Shown here: piece by piece, positions 34,566-43,396 of the stretch
Layout: every line of letters begins with the position of its first letter
Position numbering within the stretch: position 1 is the stretch's first letter
Assembly (NCBI GenBank): GCA_937625935.1
Contig: OW569378.1
Coordinates: 1 to 64,000 of the forward strand
Length of the DNA: 64,000 bases
DNA from: Tetramitus jugosus
Lineage: Eukaryota; Protista; Heterolobosea
Direction: 5' to 3'
The notes under the pieces: generated by a model
The model's input: the letters and a program-made list of their open reading frames with translations, nothing else
Database searches by the model: none
What the model was told of the DNA's origin: nothing
Program-made: the position numbers and the translations under genes

Positions 34566-35874
34566 TTTTTTTTTTTTTTTTTTTTGTTCCATACAACCAA
34601 GTGTGCGCAAGCACACGATTGCTCATTTATTGACTTGTTTTGTGAGTGACGACCCGTAGGGCGTCGCTCACTCTTCTTCTCTTGTTGTCCCCGACAGTGC
34701 ACCTACAGGTTGGAAGAATCACTCAAGTGAGTGTTTTGGTTGATGCCCTTCATCAAAGAGCGTAACCTTGTAGTAGGACCGCCGATGGACACAGAGCCAT
34801 CTGTTGTTTTTTTCTTGTCTTGGGCCTTGTTGCTCCTCAGATCACCCAGTGTGATCCTGGCACTCCTTTTCTTGTTGTCATTGAGTTGTGGACTCTGAAT
34901 CTCCTTTTCGGAGTCATCATCCACATCCACAATGACTGGTTCGTCCTCAGTCAAACCATACCTTTTGCGTGCACTGGCCAGTGCCAATGCAGCAATTTCC
35001 TTCTTCACTCTGGCAAACACTGGAGAAGTGGCATTCACTTTCTCCAGGATTTGCTGATTTTCAGTGCTGAGCTGTGCAACAGGCACTGTTGGCAGTGGTG
35101 TTGCACTCCTTTGTTCTTCTGCCTCCATTAGATCAGGAGCAGTTCTTTGTGCAACTTCTTGTTCCGGTATTGGAACCGGTTTGTTGCCCTCTCGACCCTT
35201 TGTCTTAGCCAATTCCTTGGTGAGTTCTGTGACCTGTCGACGCAGTCCGTCAACCACCGTCAGCAGCTCCTCGTACATCTTTGTCAACCTCTTGTTGACA
35301 GCCTTGAGAGGATCATGTGGTCTCTCGACGTATCGAGTGACCGTGGCCTTTACCTTGTTCTCTCCGCTGAGCACTGCTTGTGCATAGGTTTCATCACCCA
35401 TGACCACGAAAGCAGTGTCACGCTTCTTGAGCACACTGGCGACCTTTTCAGGTCCCAGTAGCTTCTTGATGTCGTCCACTGACATGTTCTTCATGCCATG
35501 GACGACCACCTTTCTTGTGCAATCAACACTGCGCTTGGGTGCAGCAGTGCTGTTGCCAATCCTCCTTTGCTTGTTGAACAAATCAACAAAGTCATAGATG
35601 CGGTCACCCTTGACCGTCACCCATGCAACAAAGCGTTGCTGGCCTTTCCTTTTGATGACTTGGACTCGGTTGAGCCAGTCACCAAACTCCTCTCCAATCT
35701 TTCTTGCCAAAGATGAGAGACGCCATTACCGTTGCCAGTAATGACGACCTCTCTGTCACTTGGCCTAGAGCCTTTCCGTGCAGTGGTCCACACTGCATAA
35801 CGGCTGTTGCCGTATTCCTTCACCAAATTTGTTGAATCACCAGACATGTGATTCCGTTTTTTCTGCGTTTTTTT
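34566..35874 (-). mobile_element. Non-autonomous ORF1-only retroelement (HAL1-like), ~1.3 kb
   Basis: Poly(A) tail, AATAAA (34626-34631), flanking TSDs, a single ORF homologous to ORF1 of the neighbouring LINE, and no EN/RT sequence. Confidence 0.9.
34703..35847 (-). CDS. ORF1 protein of the non-autonomous element (one -1 frameshift near 35709-35711)
   Basis: ATG at 35847 (MSGDST...YAVWT...EVVITG) continues into the 34703-35710 frame if one base is added. Aligns with ORF1 at 39825-40850. Confidence 0.8.
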
Positions 35875-35889
35875 TATTATTAGACCTTT
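35875..35889. repeat. Target-site duplication copy 2
   Basis: TATTATTAGACCTTT between the two elements. Confidence 0.93.
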
Positions 35890-35973
35890 TTTTTTTTTTT
35901 TTTTTTTTCCATACAACAATTGTTGCCTCTTTATTCAATACACTGCTGTGAGTCATGATTCCGCTCAGCACCG

Positions 35974-38900
35974 TCAGGTGCTGAGCAGTGTTTCACTCCT
36001 CTTCACGACGGAGTTAATATATACTTTGTGAAGTGCTTTGACACAGGCCCTCTTCATGGAGTCCACCATACCTCTTATTACTTTCTCTGCCTCCTTTTGT
36101 TTCCTGCCGGAGAGCACCATTACATCCAATAGTTCTTTCCTAAAACCTCCCTCTTTGCCCATTAGTCCCTCCAACAGTCTTTCGGGTGATCGCTTGACAT
36201 TTCGTGGCATAATCTTGCCCCTTTCATATATCGCATCGTCAAACCAGAGTACAATTTTGGCAGAATCAGGCAACCTCAGTCTATCTAATTTAAACTTCAT
36301 CTCTTCAACTAGTTTCTTTCTGGCTATAACGGCAAACTCGCATTCCACCAACAGATGCAGAATACTCTCCGGTGCGGCAGCACAGTTAAGACACACTTCA
36401 TCTACACTGGCCTTGTACAATTCTCTCATCACCGTCTTAGTGTGAAGTGTTCCACTCCTGACTTGATGATAGAACCAAAGTTCTTTCCTTTCTAGGCCAA
36501 ATGGACATTTCAGAAAGTGGTTCCACTCCTTTTCCTTCAACATTTCAGCTTCCAACCACCAGTTCTTATTTGTACCAATAGCCTCGGATCTAGCCTTCTT
36601 AAGCAGTTCTGTAAGACCTTCACTGACGTTAGGATTGTCAATTCTCACATCCTTCAACTTTACAACCAATTCCCCCTGACCTTTTCGTTTTGCAAGAAAT
36701 TTTTCATCACACGGCTTGCCGAGAAGTTCCATATATGCTCGTACTCTCATGTACTTGACTGGTCCGATTCCTTTCATTTTGTACCTTTTCTTCGCCTCTT
36801 CGTATGTCATCGCCATGACACCATCATCATCAAACAGCTGTGAGTTCCTAGTTATACCAGAACGGAGGAGCAATCTCGCCTCCCCACTAGGGAGGCTCCA
36901 AGCAATACTACACTTTTCGCACTCATGAGCATCATCAGTGCTGATGACCACACCAGAACCGTGGAGAAGTTTGGCGCACCATGCCAAGTATGAATGTTTT
37001 ACCTCACGAAGACGAGTACTGGATTTGAAGATGCTCGACCTTACGAGCGTATGATTATGCTTGACCTCATCAAGCGTATCCAGTAACAGTGTCCGTGCTT
37101 CTGTGTCCCTCTTCCCTTGAAGCATGGCTGAAACAAAAGCGCAAATTCTGGAGACCAGGCTATCCTTGAAACCATTAAGGCCAATACCACCATAATCTCT
37201 TCCCACTGACAATAAATCGGATGGAAACCTTTTCAGAGCACCAGACCCATGCTTAACTGCTTTTCGGCCAATACCCTCTATCTCATTCAGCCACCTCTTT
37301 GGCCAGTGGGTGAATTCAGACGCAAACAGAAAGACAGGATGTACACATGTGTTCACAATGCGTGCTGTCTGGGCTGGACTCAGCCTTAGAAGTTTCACTC
37401 TATTTAGTATTCGAAGTACCTTCATCTTGGCTTGTTTCTTTTGAGCTTCCGTCTCACCCTTCAGGTTTGTGTAAAGACCTAGTGCCCTGAACACCGTGGT
37501 CTTGTCCTTTGCTACAATTTGTTTTTCAGCAACTCTCATAGTTACAGGCTCCTTTCCAGTGATTCGAGCGTAGAACTCTAACTTGTCTGGGTGCATGCAA
37601 AGTCCCAACCAACTCAGAGCTCTGTACATCGCATTGGCTGTTGTTTCAATATCCAGAAGGTTGTCACTCAGTAGATTGCAGTCATCTACATATGCAACGT
37701 TCCATATCCTCTGTGATATTGCCTCATATCCTGTCGCTCTCACCCCTGCATATAGCAGCACCAGTTGATGGACGATTACATATGTGGTCGGGGAGAGAGA
37801 ATCTCCCTGTCTAGTTCCGCGATCAACATAGAACCTTCGGGACTTACACTGTGTTCCTATTCTAGCCTCATTTGACTCAAGCATATCATGGATGAGTGAA
37901 ATGATTCTCTCCGGATAGCCGAAATACCTGTAAGCTGACGTAATAGCATTGTGCGGCACACTATCAAATGCTTTCGATATATCTGTTAGGAGGACAAACA
38001 ACTGTTTATCTTTTCTATTCGCATGATCTATTACACCTCTGATGATGGACAACTTTTCGCGAATGTCCCGTAATTTGCGCCCCCCTCCCTGGGTATTGCT
38101 AAAGACTCCTGTCTTCTCTGCCGCTTCAGACACTCTTTTATTTAAGAGTCGAGTGAACACTTTTGACAAACCACTTAGTAGGCAAATGGGGCGGAAATTT
38201 GCTATTGTCATAGGACATCCCTTCTTATATGCTGGCACAATGACGCATTGCTTCCACATGACAGGAAAATGCCCTGTCTGTAATATGTTGTTGAAAAAGG
38301 AAGTGAGAAATTCTGCGAACTCATACCTAAAGTCTCTCTTTTTTGTCGAGGCCAGTTTCAACATTTCATTGAATACTCGATCCACCCCTGGGGCCTTGCC
38401 ATTCCTTAGCCACTTCAGTGCTTGTTGCACCTCTTCAACCTCAAACTCCGGGAAACAATCCTCCATGTTCTGCCTTCTGGGCCCCAGTTCATCGAGAAAT
38501 GACATATTTGCCATCTCATACTCAAATACCTCCTCGAAGTAATTAGCCGCATGTTCGGCTACTTTCACTGGATCAGTCACTATGCATTCATTACTCTTAT
38601 AGCTTTTAAACCTCAGCCTTAGCGATTTCTTTCCTGTAGCGGCATTGAAGAAGAATCGAGGATCAATGAATTCCGTAGTCCTGGCCTTAAAGAGCCATTT
38701 TGTGAACCTTTTGTTCCCCCTTCGGGCTCTTTCTTCTTGTATTCGCTTCTCAATTTTCTTCAGAGCCCTCAGCATGCCCTCTTGTGTGTTCTCCTCCCCG
38801 TACGTATTACAAATGCTTGCAACCTTCGGCGACTCTGTCCAGGTAGAGGAGAGTTTCTCTACAACCCACTCTCTGTCTTTCAACCACCTCCTGATCCTCC

Positions 38901-39828
38901 TATTGTCAATCCCTTTGTTCCTCTCCTTTTTGATAGGAAACACTTTCGCACTTTCTGTGAGCGTATTCGTCATGCGTTCACATTGCTCATCAACCGTTAA
39001 TGTCGAGAGTGGAATTCCTTCTAGCCTGCTCACAACTGACTGTGAGTACTTCACCCACCTTTGGTCATTCTTCTTCGGGAACCTAGGTTCTTCCTCTCTT
39101 ACATTGTGTTCTTCCTGAACTTTCCACTCCACCTTCACCAATGTAGGCACATGGTCACTATTCACACCATTTGCCGTGTATCTACATACATCACGGACTA
39201 CCTCTGCAGCAGCCGTGTTGCACCACACCGAGTCAATTCGTGATGAATAGCTCTTCCTAAAGAAGGTGTGGAAAAGTGGGCTTTCCACTATCGTGTTTAC
39301 ACATAGCAATTGTGTTCCCTCTATGAGCGCCCTGAAATGAGAGCTGTTGCCGTCGAGCTTCCCTGAGCTCCTCTCACTATTGACGATGACCGTATTGTGA
39401 TCTCCTCCGAAAAGAACTTTGCCTCTACAGGCAATTTCTCGCAGCCATTCATTTACAACAACATAATGTTGTCCTCCAGCAGCTTCTTTGTGGGGTCCGT
39501 AATGATTTACCAGTGTAATGCGCAGTTCACCGCTCGATACTTCCACTGCAAGGAGTCTCTCATTGCCTTCAATCACTCTACAATCTTGAATACTAGCACG
39601 GCGTACAATACTCATAACCCTGTCTGTTATCGAGTTACATATGAGTAAGCAACCCGCCATCTCAAGCTGTTTGGTGAAGGAAACCTTAAATTTCTCGCTA
39701 CCACAGCTGGCCTCTTGTAACATTAAGACATCGATATCGGGGCTCGATTCCATCATGGCTACAACATCACATCTCTTACTCTTAAGCCCCCTGATGTTGT
39801 ACCATACGACATTTAAAGTTGCACTCAT
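35974..39828 (-). CDS. LINE ORF2: APE endonuclease, reverse transcriptase, C-terminal CCHC zinc motif
   Basis: YNIRG, LQE, GDHN, SRID, SDH (APE); APGVD, FRPICL, DISKAFDSV, GTRQGDSLSP, YVDD (RT); CLNC-x7-SILHLLVEC. Confidence 0.97.
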   Translation of the reverse strand: MSATLNVVWYNIRGLKSKRCDVVAMMESSPDIDVLMLQEASCGSEKFKVSFTKQLEMAGCLLICNSITDRVMSIVRRASIQDCRVIEGNERLLAVEVSSGELRITLVNHYGPHKEAAGGQHYVVVNEWLREIACRGKVLFGGDHNTVIVNSERSSGKLDGNSSHFRALIEGTQLLCVNTIVESPLFHTFFRKSYSSRIDSVWCNTAAAEVVRDVCRYTANGVNSDHVPTLVKVEWKVQEEHNVREEEPRFPKKNDQRWVKYSQSVVSRLEGIPLSTLTVDEQCERMTNTLTESAKVFPIKKERNKGIDNRRIRRWLKDREWVVEKLSSTWTESPKVASICNTYGEENTQEGMLRALKKIEKRIQEERARRGNKRFTKWLFKARTTEFIDPRFFFNAATGKKSLRLRFKSYKSNECIVTDPVKVAEHAANYFEEVFEYEMANMSFLDELGPRRQNMEDCFPEFEVEEVQQALKWLRNGKAPGVDRVFNEMLKLASTKKRDFRYEFAEFLTSFFNNILQTGHFPVMWKQCVIVPAYKKGCPMTIANFRPICLLSGLSKVFTRLLNKRVSEAAEKTGVFSNTQGGGRKLRDIREKLSIIRGVIDHANRKDKQLFVLLTDISKAFDSVPHNAITSAYRYFGYPERIISLIHDMLESNEARIGTQCKSRRFYVDRGTRQGDSLSPTTYVIVHQLVLLYAGVRATGYEAISQRIWNVAYVDDCNLLSDNLLDIETTANAMYRALSWLGLCMHPDKLEFYARITGKEPVTMRVAEKQIVAKDKTTVFRALGLYTNLKGETEAQKKQAKMKVLRILNRVKLLRLSPAQTARIVNTCVHPVFLFASEFTHWPKRWLNEIEGIGRKAVKHGSGALKRFPSDLLSVGRDYGGIGLNGFKDSLVSRICAFVSAMLQGKRDTEARTLLLDTLDEVKHNHTLVRSSIFKSSTRLREVKHSYLAWCAKLLHGSGVVISTDDAHECEKCSIAWSLPSGEARLLLRSGITRNSQLFDDDGVMAMTYEEAKKRYKMKGIGPVKYMRVRAYMELLGKPCDEKFLAKRKGQGELVVKLKDVRIDNPNVSEGLTELLKKARSEAIGTNKNWWLEAEMLKEKEWNHFLKCPFGLERKELWFYHQVRSGTLHTKTVMRELYKASVDEVCLNCAAAPESILHLLVECEFAVIARKKLVEEMKFKLDRLRLPDSAKIVLWFDDAIYERGKIMPRNVKRSPERLLEGLMGKEGGFRKELLDVMVLSGRKQKEAEKVIRGMVDSMKRACVKALHKVYINSVVKRSETLLST

Positions 39829-40850
39829 AGTTCGTTTTGTTCTGTCTCTTGTGTGAGTTCATTTGTTGATACAACTTTACTCACCTTGACAGTACCTCCT
39901 GGAGAATTCCTCATTATAATTTTCCTCTGTACCTCGTCAACTTCTACTTCTGCAGCTTCTCTTTTTTTCCCTCTACTTTCAGTTCTCGTTGCATAGTCAG
40001 TCATTCTGGTCTGACTTTTGCTCGGTCTCTCTCCATCTCCTCGTTTTTCCCTTTTCTTATGTGCTACTGGCGTGTAGATATGCCCCTCTACTTCAGTTTC
40101 ATTATTGTCAATCTCATCTATCATATTCAATTGGATAGTGTTTGTCTGTTTGACCACTCTGGTTCTTTCTCCCATCAAATCGCTCACTCTGGCTCTCATC
40201 TTTGCCATTTCAGCTTTGAGACTTCTAATATCCTCAATGCTCTTCGCATACTGGTCTAACGCCTTGTGTAATTCCTCTTGGAGTTGAAACACATTCCTTT
40301 TCAGCTGCTCAGTAGGATCTTGGGTGCGGTTCACATATTTTCTTGTCTTCGTATTGGTCATTGGTACTTTTCCTAACAATACTGCTGCATAGGTTGAGTC
40401 CTTCGTTGAAACAATGGCTGAATTTCCTTTGAGTTCCACATTACAGATGTTATCCCTACCTGCCCACTCTACGATATCTTCGATATCCGCTTTTCCTGCT
40501 CCGACCAACACCACGTCATGTGTCGCTCTCATGCGACCGTTTGGAATGGCCTTCTCATGGTTCAACACTTTTGTGCGCTCAAGCCACTTGATAAATTCCC
40601 ACACTTTATCACCTTTAACAACAATCCATGCCTTGTATCTCTCTCCTCTTCTACTAACTTGAACCCTTTCCACCCACTCAGAACAACTACCGACAATCCT
40701 GTTCACGATAGCCTCGTTTCCGTTGTTGCTCTTTCCAGTAACAACTACCTCCTTTCTCTTCAATGCCTCTTCCTTGCTGACTAATGTCCATGCGACATAC
40801 TGCATTCTGCGAATGACTACCGCCTGTACTGACGGTCCTTGTGTTGACAT
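39825..40850 (-). CDS. LINE ORF1 (putative RRM-like domains plus coiled coil plus basic disordered tail)
   Basis: 341-aa ORF whose TGA overlaps the ORF2 ATG (ATGA). The domain assignment is inferred from residue patterning. Confidence 0.9.
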   Translation of the reverse strand: MSTQGPSVQAVVIRRMQYVAWTLVSKEEALKRKEVVVTGKSNNGNEAIVNRIVGSCSEWVERVQVSRRGERYKAWIVVKGDKVWEFIKWLERTKVLNHEKAIPNGRMRATHDVVLVGAGKADIEDIVEWAGRDNICNVELKGNSAIVSTKDSTYAAVLLGKVPMTNTKTRKYVNRTQDPTEQLKRNVFQLQEELHKALDQYAKSIEDIRSLKAEMAKMRARVSDLMGERTRVVKQTNTIQLNMIDEIDNNETEVEGHIYTPVAHKKREKRGDGERPSKSQTRMTDYATRTESRGKKREAAEVEVDEVQRKIIMRNSPGGTVKVSKVVSTNELTQETEQNEL

Positions 40851-40866
40851 GTGCTCGCGTTTTTTT

Positions 40867-40881
40867 TATTATTAGACCTTT
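40867..40881. repeat. Target-site duplication copy 3
   Basis: TATTATTAGACCTTT followed by AA, ending 29 nt before the tRNA. Confidence 0.93.
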
Positions 40882-40910
40882 AATTTATTATTCCGACTAA
40901 AGAAACATAT

Positions 40911-41014
40911 GGCGGAATGGCCGAGAGGTCTAAGGCGACACGTTTAGGAATACACTCAGGTTGAGTTAAAATCCGTGTTCCGAAAGGGCGTGGGTTCGAA
41001 CCCCACTTCCGTCA
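40911..41014 (+). tRNA. tRNA-Leu(TAG) with a 24-nt intron (40949-40972)
   Basis: Body nearly identical to the 20324 tRNA. ACACG/CGTGT anticodon stem, TAG at 40945-40947, intron at the canonical 37/38 position, downstream T-runs. Confidence 0.96.
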
Positions 41015-41038
41015 ACCTTTTATTTTTTGTTGCGAAGT

Positions 41039-42226
41039 TCACAAAGCTAGCTGTTTCTTTGGTTTGTGTGCAGGATGCACGCTCATGAATTCCTTTAGCT
41101 TTTCAAATGTTGCAAATGATATTGCCAAAGCAGGTATCACCTTAATATAATTGGGGAGCAAACCACGATAGAAACCCAAGATTCCCTCCTGCTTGTAAAT
41201 CTTTGAAAAGGCGTCCCAAGCTCCGTTGTAAACCTCAATTCTCTGTCCAACCTTCCTTGGTGCAATAGACTGGACTTGCAGTCGTCTGCGCACTAAATCA
41301 ATGGGGTATGCTAAGGTTTGTCCGATTGACCCCGCTATAGCACCAGCGGCAAGAGTGTGAACCGTGCTCATCGTTTCATCTGCTCTCCTCGGAATGTACT
41401 TCTTGAGGGTGTCATACACGGCAAAGTCAATACCTACATATGGTACTGCACCGAGAACGGAAGGAACTAAGCCTCTGTACACACCTCTGATTCCCTCTGT
41501 CCGAATGACCTTTCTGGCACACTTCAACAGTCCTTCGTTCGTGCTTTGAATGGTAATCCGAGCTCGAAGAAAATCCAAGGGATATGTGAGAACAAGTGAA
41601 GTGATTCCTGTGAGACCGCCACACAACAATCTCTCAGATATCGAACTGATTTGGTCCTTTTTGGTCCATTCGGCCAACAGTTTTTTGTAGTATTCAAAAG
41701 AAAAGAATTGAATGGCACTTGTAGGTGCAATTCTTAACACATTGATGCCATTTCCTCTAAACATTCCCCTAATACCTTCTTCCGCCCATATCAATCTCAG
41801 CGACTGTGTGATACCGTGGTACTTTAATGTTTCACCTGGTGTCTGCGCCTGTGTCTGAAAAATGATTTTCAACCGCTCAAAAGGAGCGACACAAGTCCTT
41901 GAAACTGCTCCTGCAATTCCTCCAGCCATTAAAGTTTTCATCGCATAATCCATATTAGTGTTATAGAAGAGAGTGTGCATACGACCGGGTACATTGACTT
42001 GCATCAGAGTATCCGTGTATCGCATAAATAGTTTGAATTCTTCAAATTCCAATTTCCGATTGTGGTCAAGGTCAAATTCATCGATTATGGCTTGCACCCG
42101 TTCGAGTGAGGCATCTCTTCCGACTTTTTTCAGTGCAATCTGAAGTTCTGTGGCATCAATGGATTGGTCATGGTTCAAATCGACTTCGTCGAACAGTGAG
42201 TGAAGTTGTTTGTCACTGAGTCCCAT
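41039..42226 (-). CDS. EF-hand mitochondrial solute carrier (SCaMC/SLC25-like)
   Basis: Two EF-hands (DLNHDQSID, DLDHNRKLE) and three PX(D/E)XX(K/R) carrier motifs. Likely start 42226. Confidence 0.93.
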   Translation of the reverse strand: MGLSDKQLHSLFDEVDLNHDQSIDATELQIALKKVGRDASLERVQAIIDEFDLDHNRKLEFEEFKLFMRYTDTLMQVNVPGRMHTLFYNTNMDYAMKTLMAGGIAGAVSRTCVAPFERLKIIFQTQAQTPGETLKYHGITQSLRLIWAEEGIRGMFRGNGINVLRIAPTSAIQFFSFEYYKKLLAEWTKKDQISSISERLLCGGLTGITSLVLTYPLDFLRARITIQSTNEGLLKCARKVIRTEGIRGVYRGLVPSVLGAVPYVGIDFAVYDTLKKYIPRRADETMSTVHTLAAGAIAGSIGQTLAYPIDLVRRRLQVQSIAPRKVGQRIEVYNGAWDAFSKIYKQEGILGFYRGLLPNYIKVIPALAISFATFEKLKEFMSVHPAHKPKKQLAL

Positions 42227-42513
42227 GTTGATCAAGTCGGGTTGTTTTTCGAAAATGGAGAGATTTTGGAAGGAGAATGTCGTGTCGCAGTGGAGTTGTA
42301 TTCGGCCGAATACGAAATACACGTGATCATGAAAAATTGTTTTTAATTTTAAATAACTGGTAAACTGTAAAAATATCTTTATTTTCCTTTGGATTTGTTA
42401 TTTACATGGTGCAAACAGGTGGAATCAAGAGAGTTATTCCTTGACCTTATAATATGTACAAATTGTTAAGTTGTGAGACCAATTCCCTCCAACCATCAAA
42501 GTTAACTTGGCTC

Positions 42514-43071
42514 TCAGTGTTTCTGGACAACCTTTCCATAGACACACTTGTAGGAATTAGTATCATAGCATACACCCTTGCAGCATCCATTACCCTTTGC
42601 ACAAAGACAGTTCTTTTGATGGTAGTAATCATCGGTAATGCACACATGAGTGTATGGTGAATAGCACACATCGTAGTAAGTACCAATAATGTTCTTATGG
42701 CAGCACAAATCATGCTTTCCACACTTGAAAATACCACACTTCTTGGTTGGTGGAGTGTATACCTTTTTCTTGATCTTTCCCTTAGTATCGCAGTAATACT
42801 TGTAAGGATTATAGCAGACGCCATTGCAACATTTTTCACTATATCCACACAAACAATTCTTGTATGGCTTGTACTGGTCAGGATAGCAACTGTGAGTAGT
42901 GGGGTTGTAACATTGATTGTTATAACCAACTAAGTTCTTATAACAGCACTTGTTTCCTTTTGGACACTTGTACTTGCCACAATAGAGAGGATAAAGGGAA
43001 GTCTGTGCATTCGAATAGCCGATGAAGGCTCCAACAATAGCCATAATAAATAGAAGGTAATAGAGTCTCAT
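42514..43071 (-). CDS. Secreted Cys/Tyr/Lys-rich repeat protein
   Basis: Signal peptide and a duplicated module with CCxGVCY(N/D)xxxYxC motifs. Confidence 0.85.
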   Translation of the reverse strand: MRLYYLLFIMAIVGAFIGYSNAQTSLYPLYCGKYKCPKGNKCCYKNLVGYNNQCYNPTTHSCYPDQYKPYKNCLCGYSEKCCNGVCYNPYKYYCDTKGKIKKKVYTPPTKKCGIFKCGKHDLCCHKNIIGTYYDVCYSPYTHVCITDDYYHQKNCLCAKGNGCCKGVCYDTNSYKCVYGKVVQKH

Positions 43072-43396
43072 TCTTCTTTGTAGTTCTAATCTCAAGCTGC
43101 GAAGGGTTCTATCTTGTTATTGGATTGTTTGTTGTATTGGTTATTTAATTGTACTTTCCTCGAGATCTCCATTAAATACAATTATTACGGTATTCAACGG
43201 TATAGAGGATTCAATGTATTAATGAAATCCTTTCTCCCTCGAAATTAATATTAACTGTTGGGAGCCAAATATTCTCAAATCCTTTTACACATTGTAATCA
43301 CTGATAACATAAATGACACTCGAAGGAGATCTAAACTATCAAAGGACTATTATCAAGTATTTTTATGATGAGAGCATCGTTCCATCAAAGATTATA

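Larger units (their letters stand above)
35890..40866 (-). mobile_element. Full-length APE-type non-LTR retrotransposon (L1/Tx1/TRE-like), ~4.98 kb
   Basis: Two intact ORFs, AATAAA (35930-35935), poly(A) tail and perfect TSDs. Confidence 0.97.

Noticed and set aside
6921-35711. Programmed ribosomal frameshifting as a common cause of the shifts at ~6925, ~11700 and ~35710
   Set aside because: No canonical slippery heptamer and the shift directions differ. Homopolymer indels (mutation or consensus error) are simpler. A read-level check is needed.
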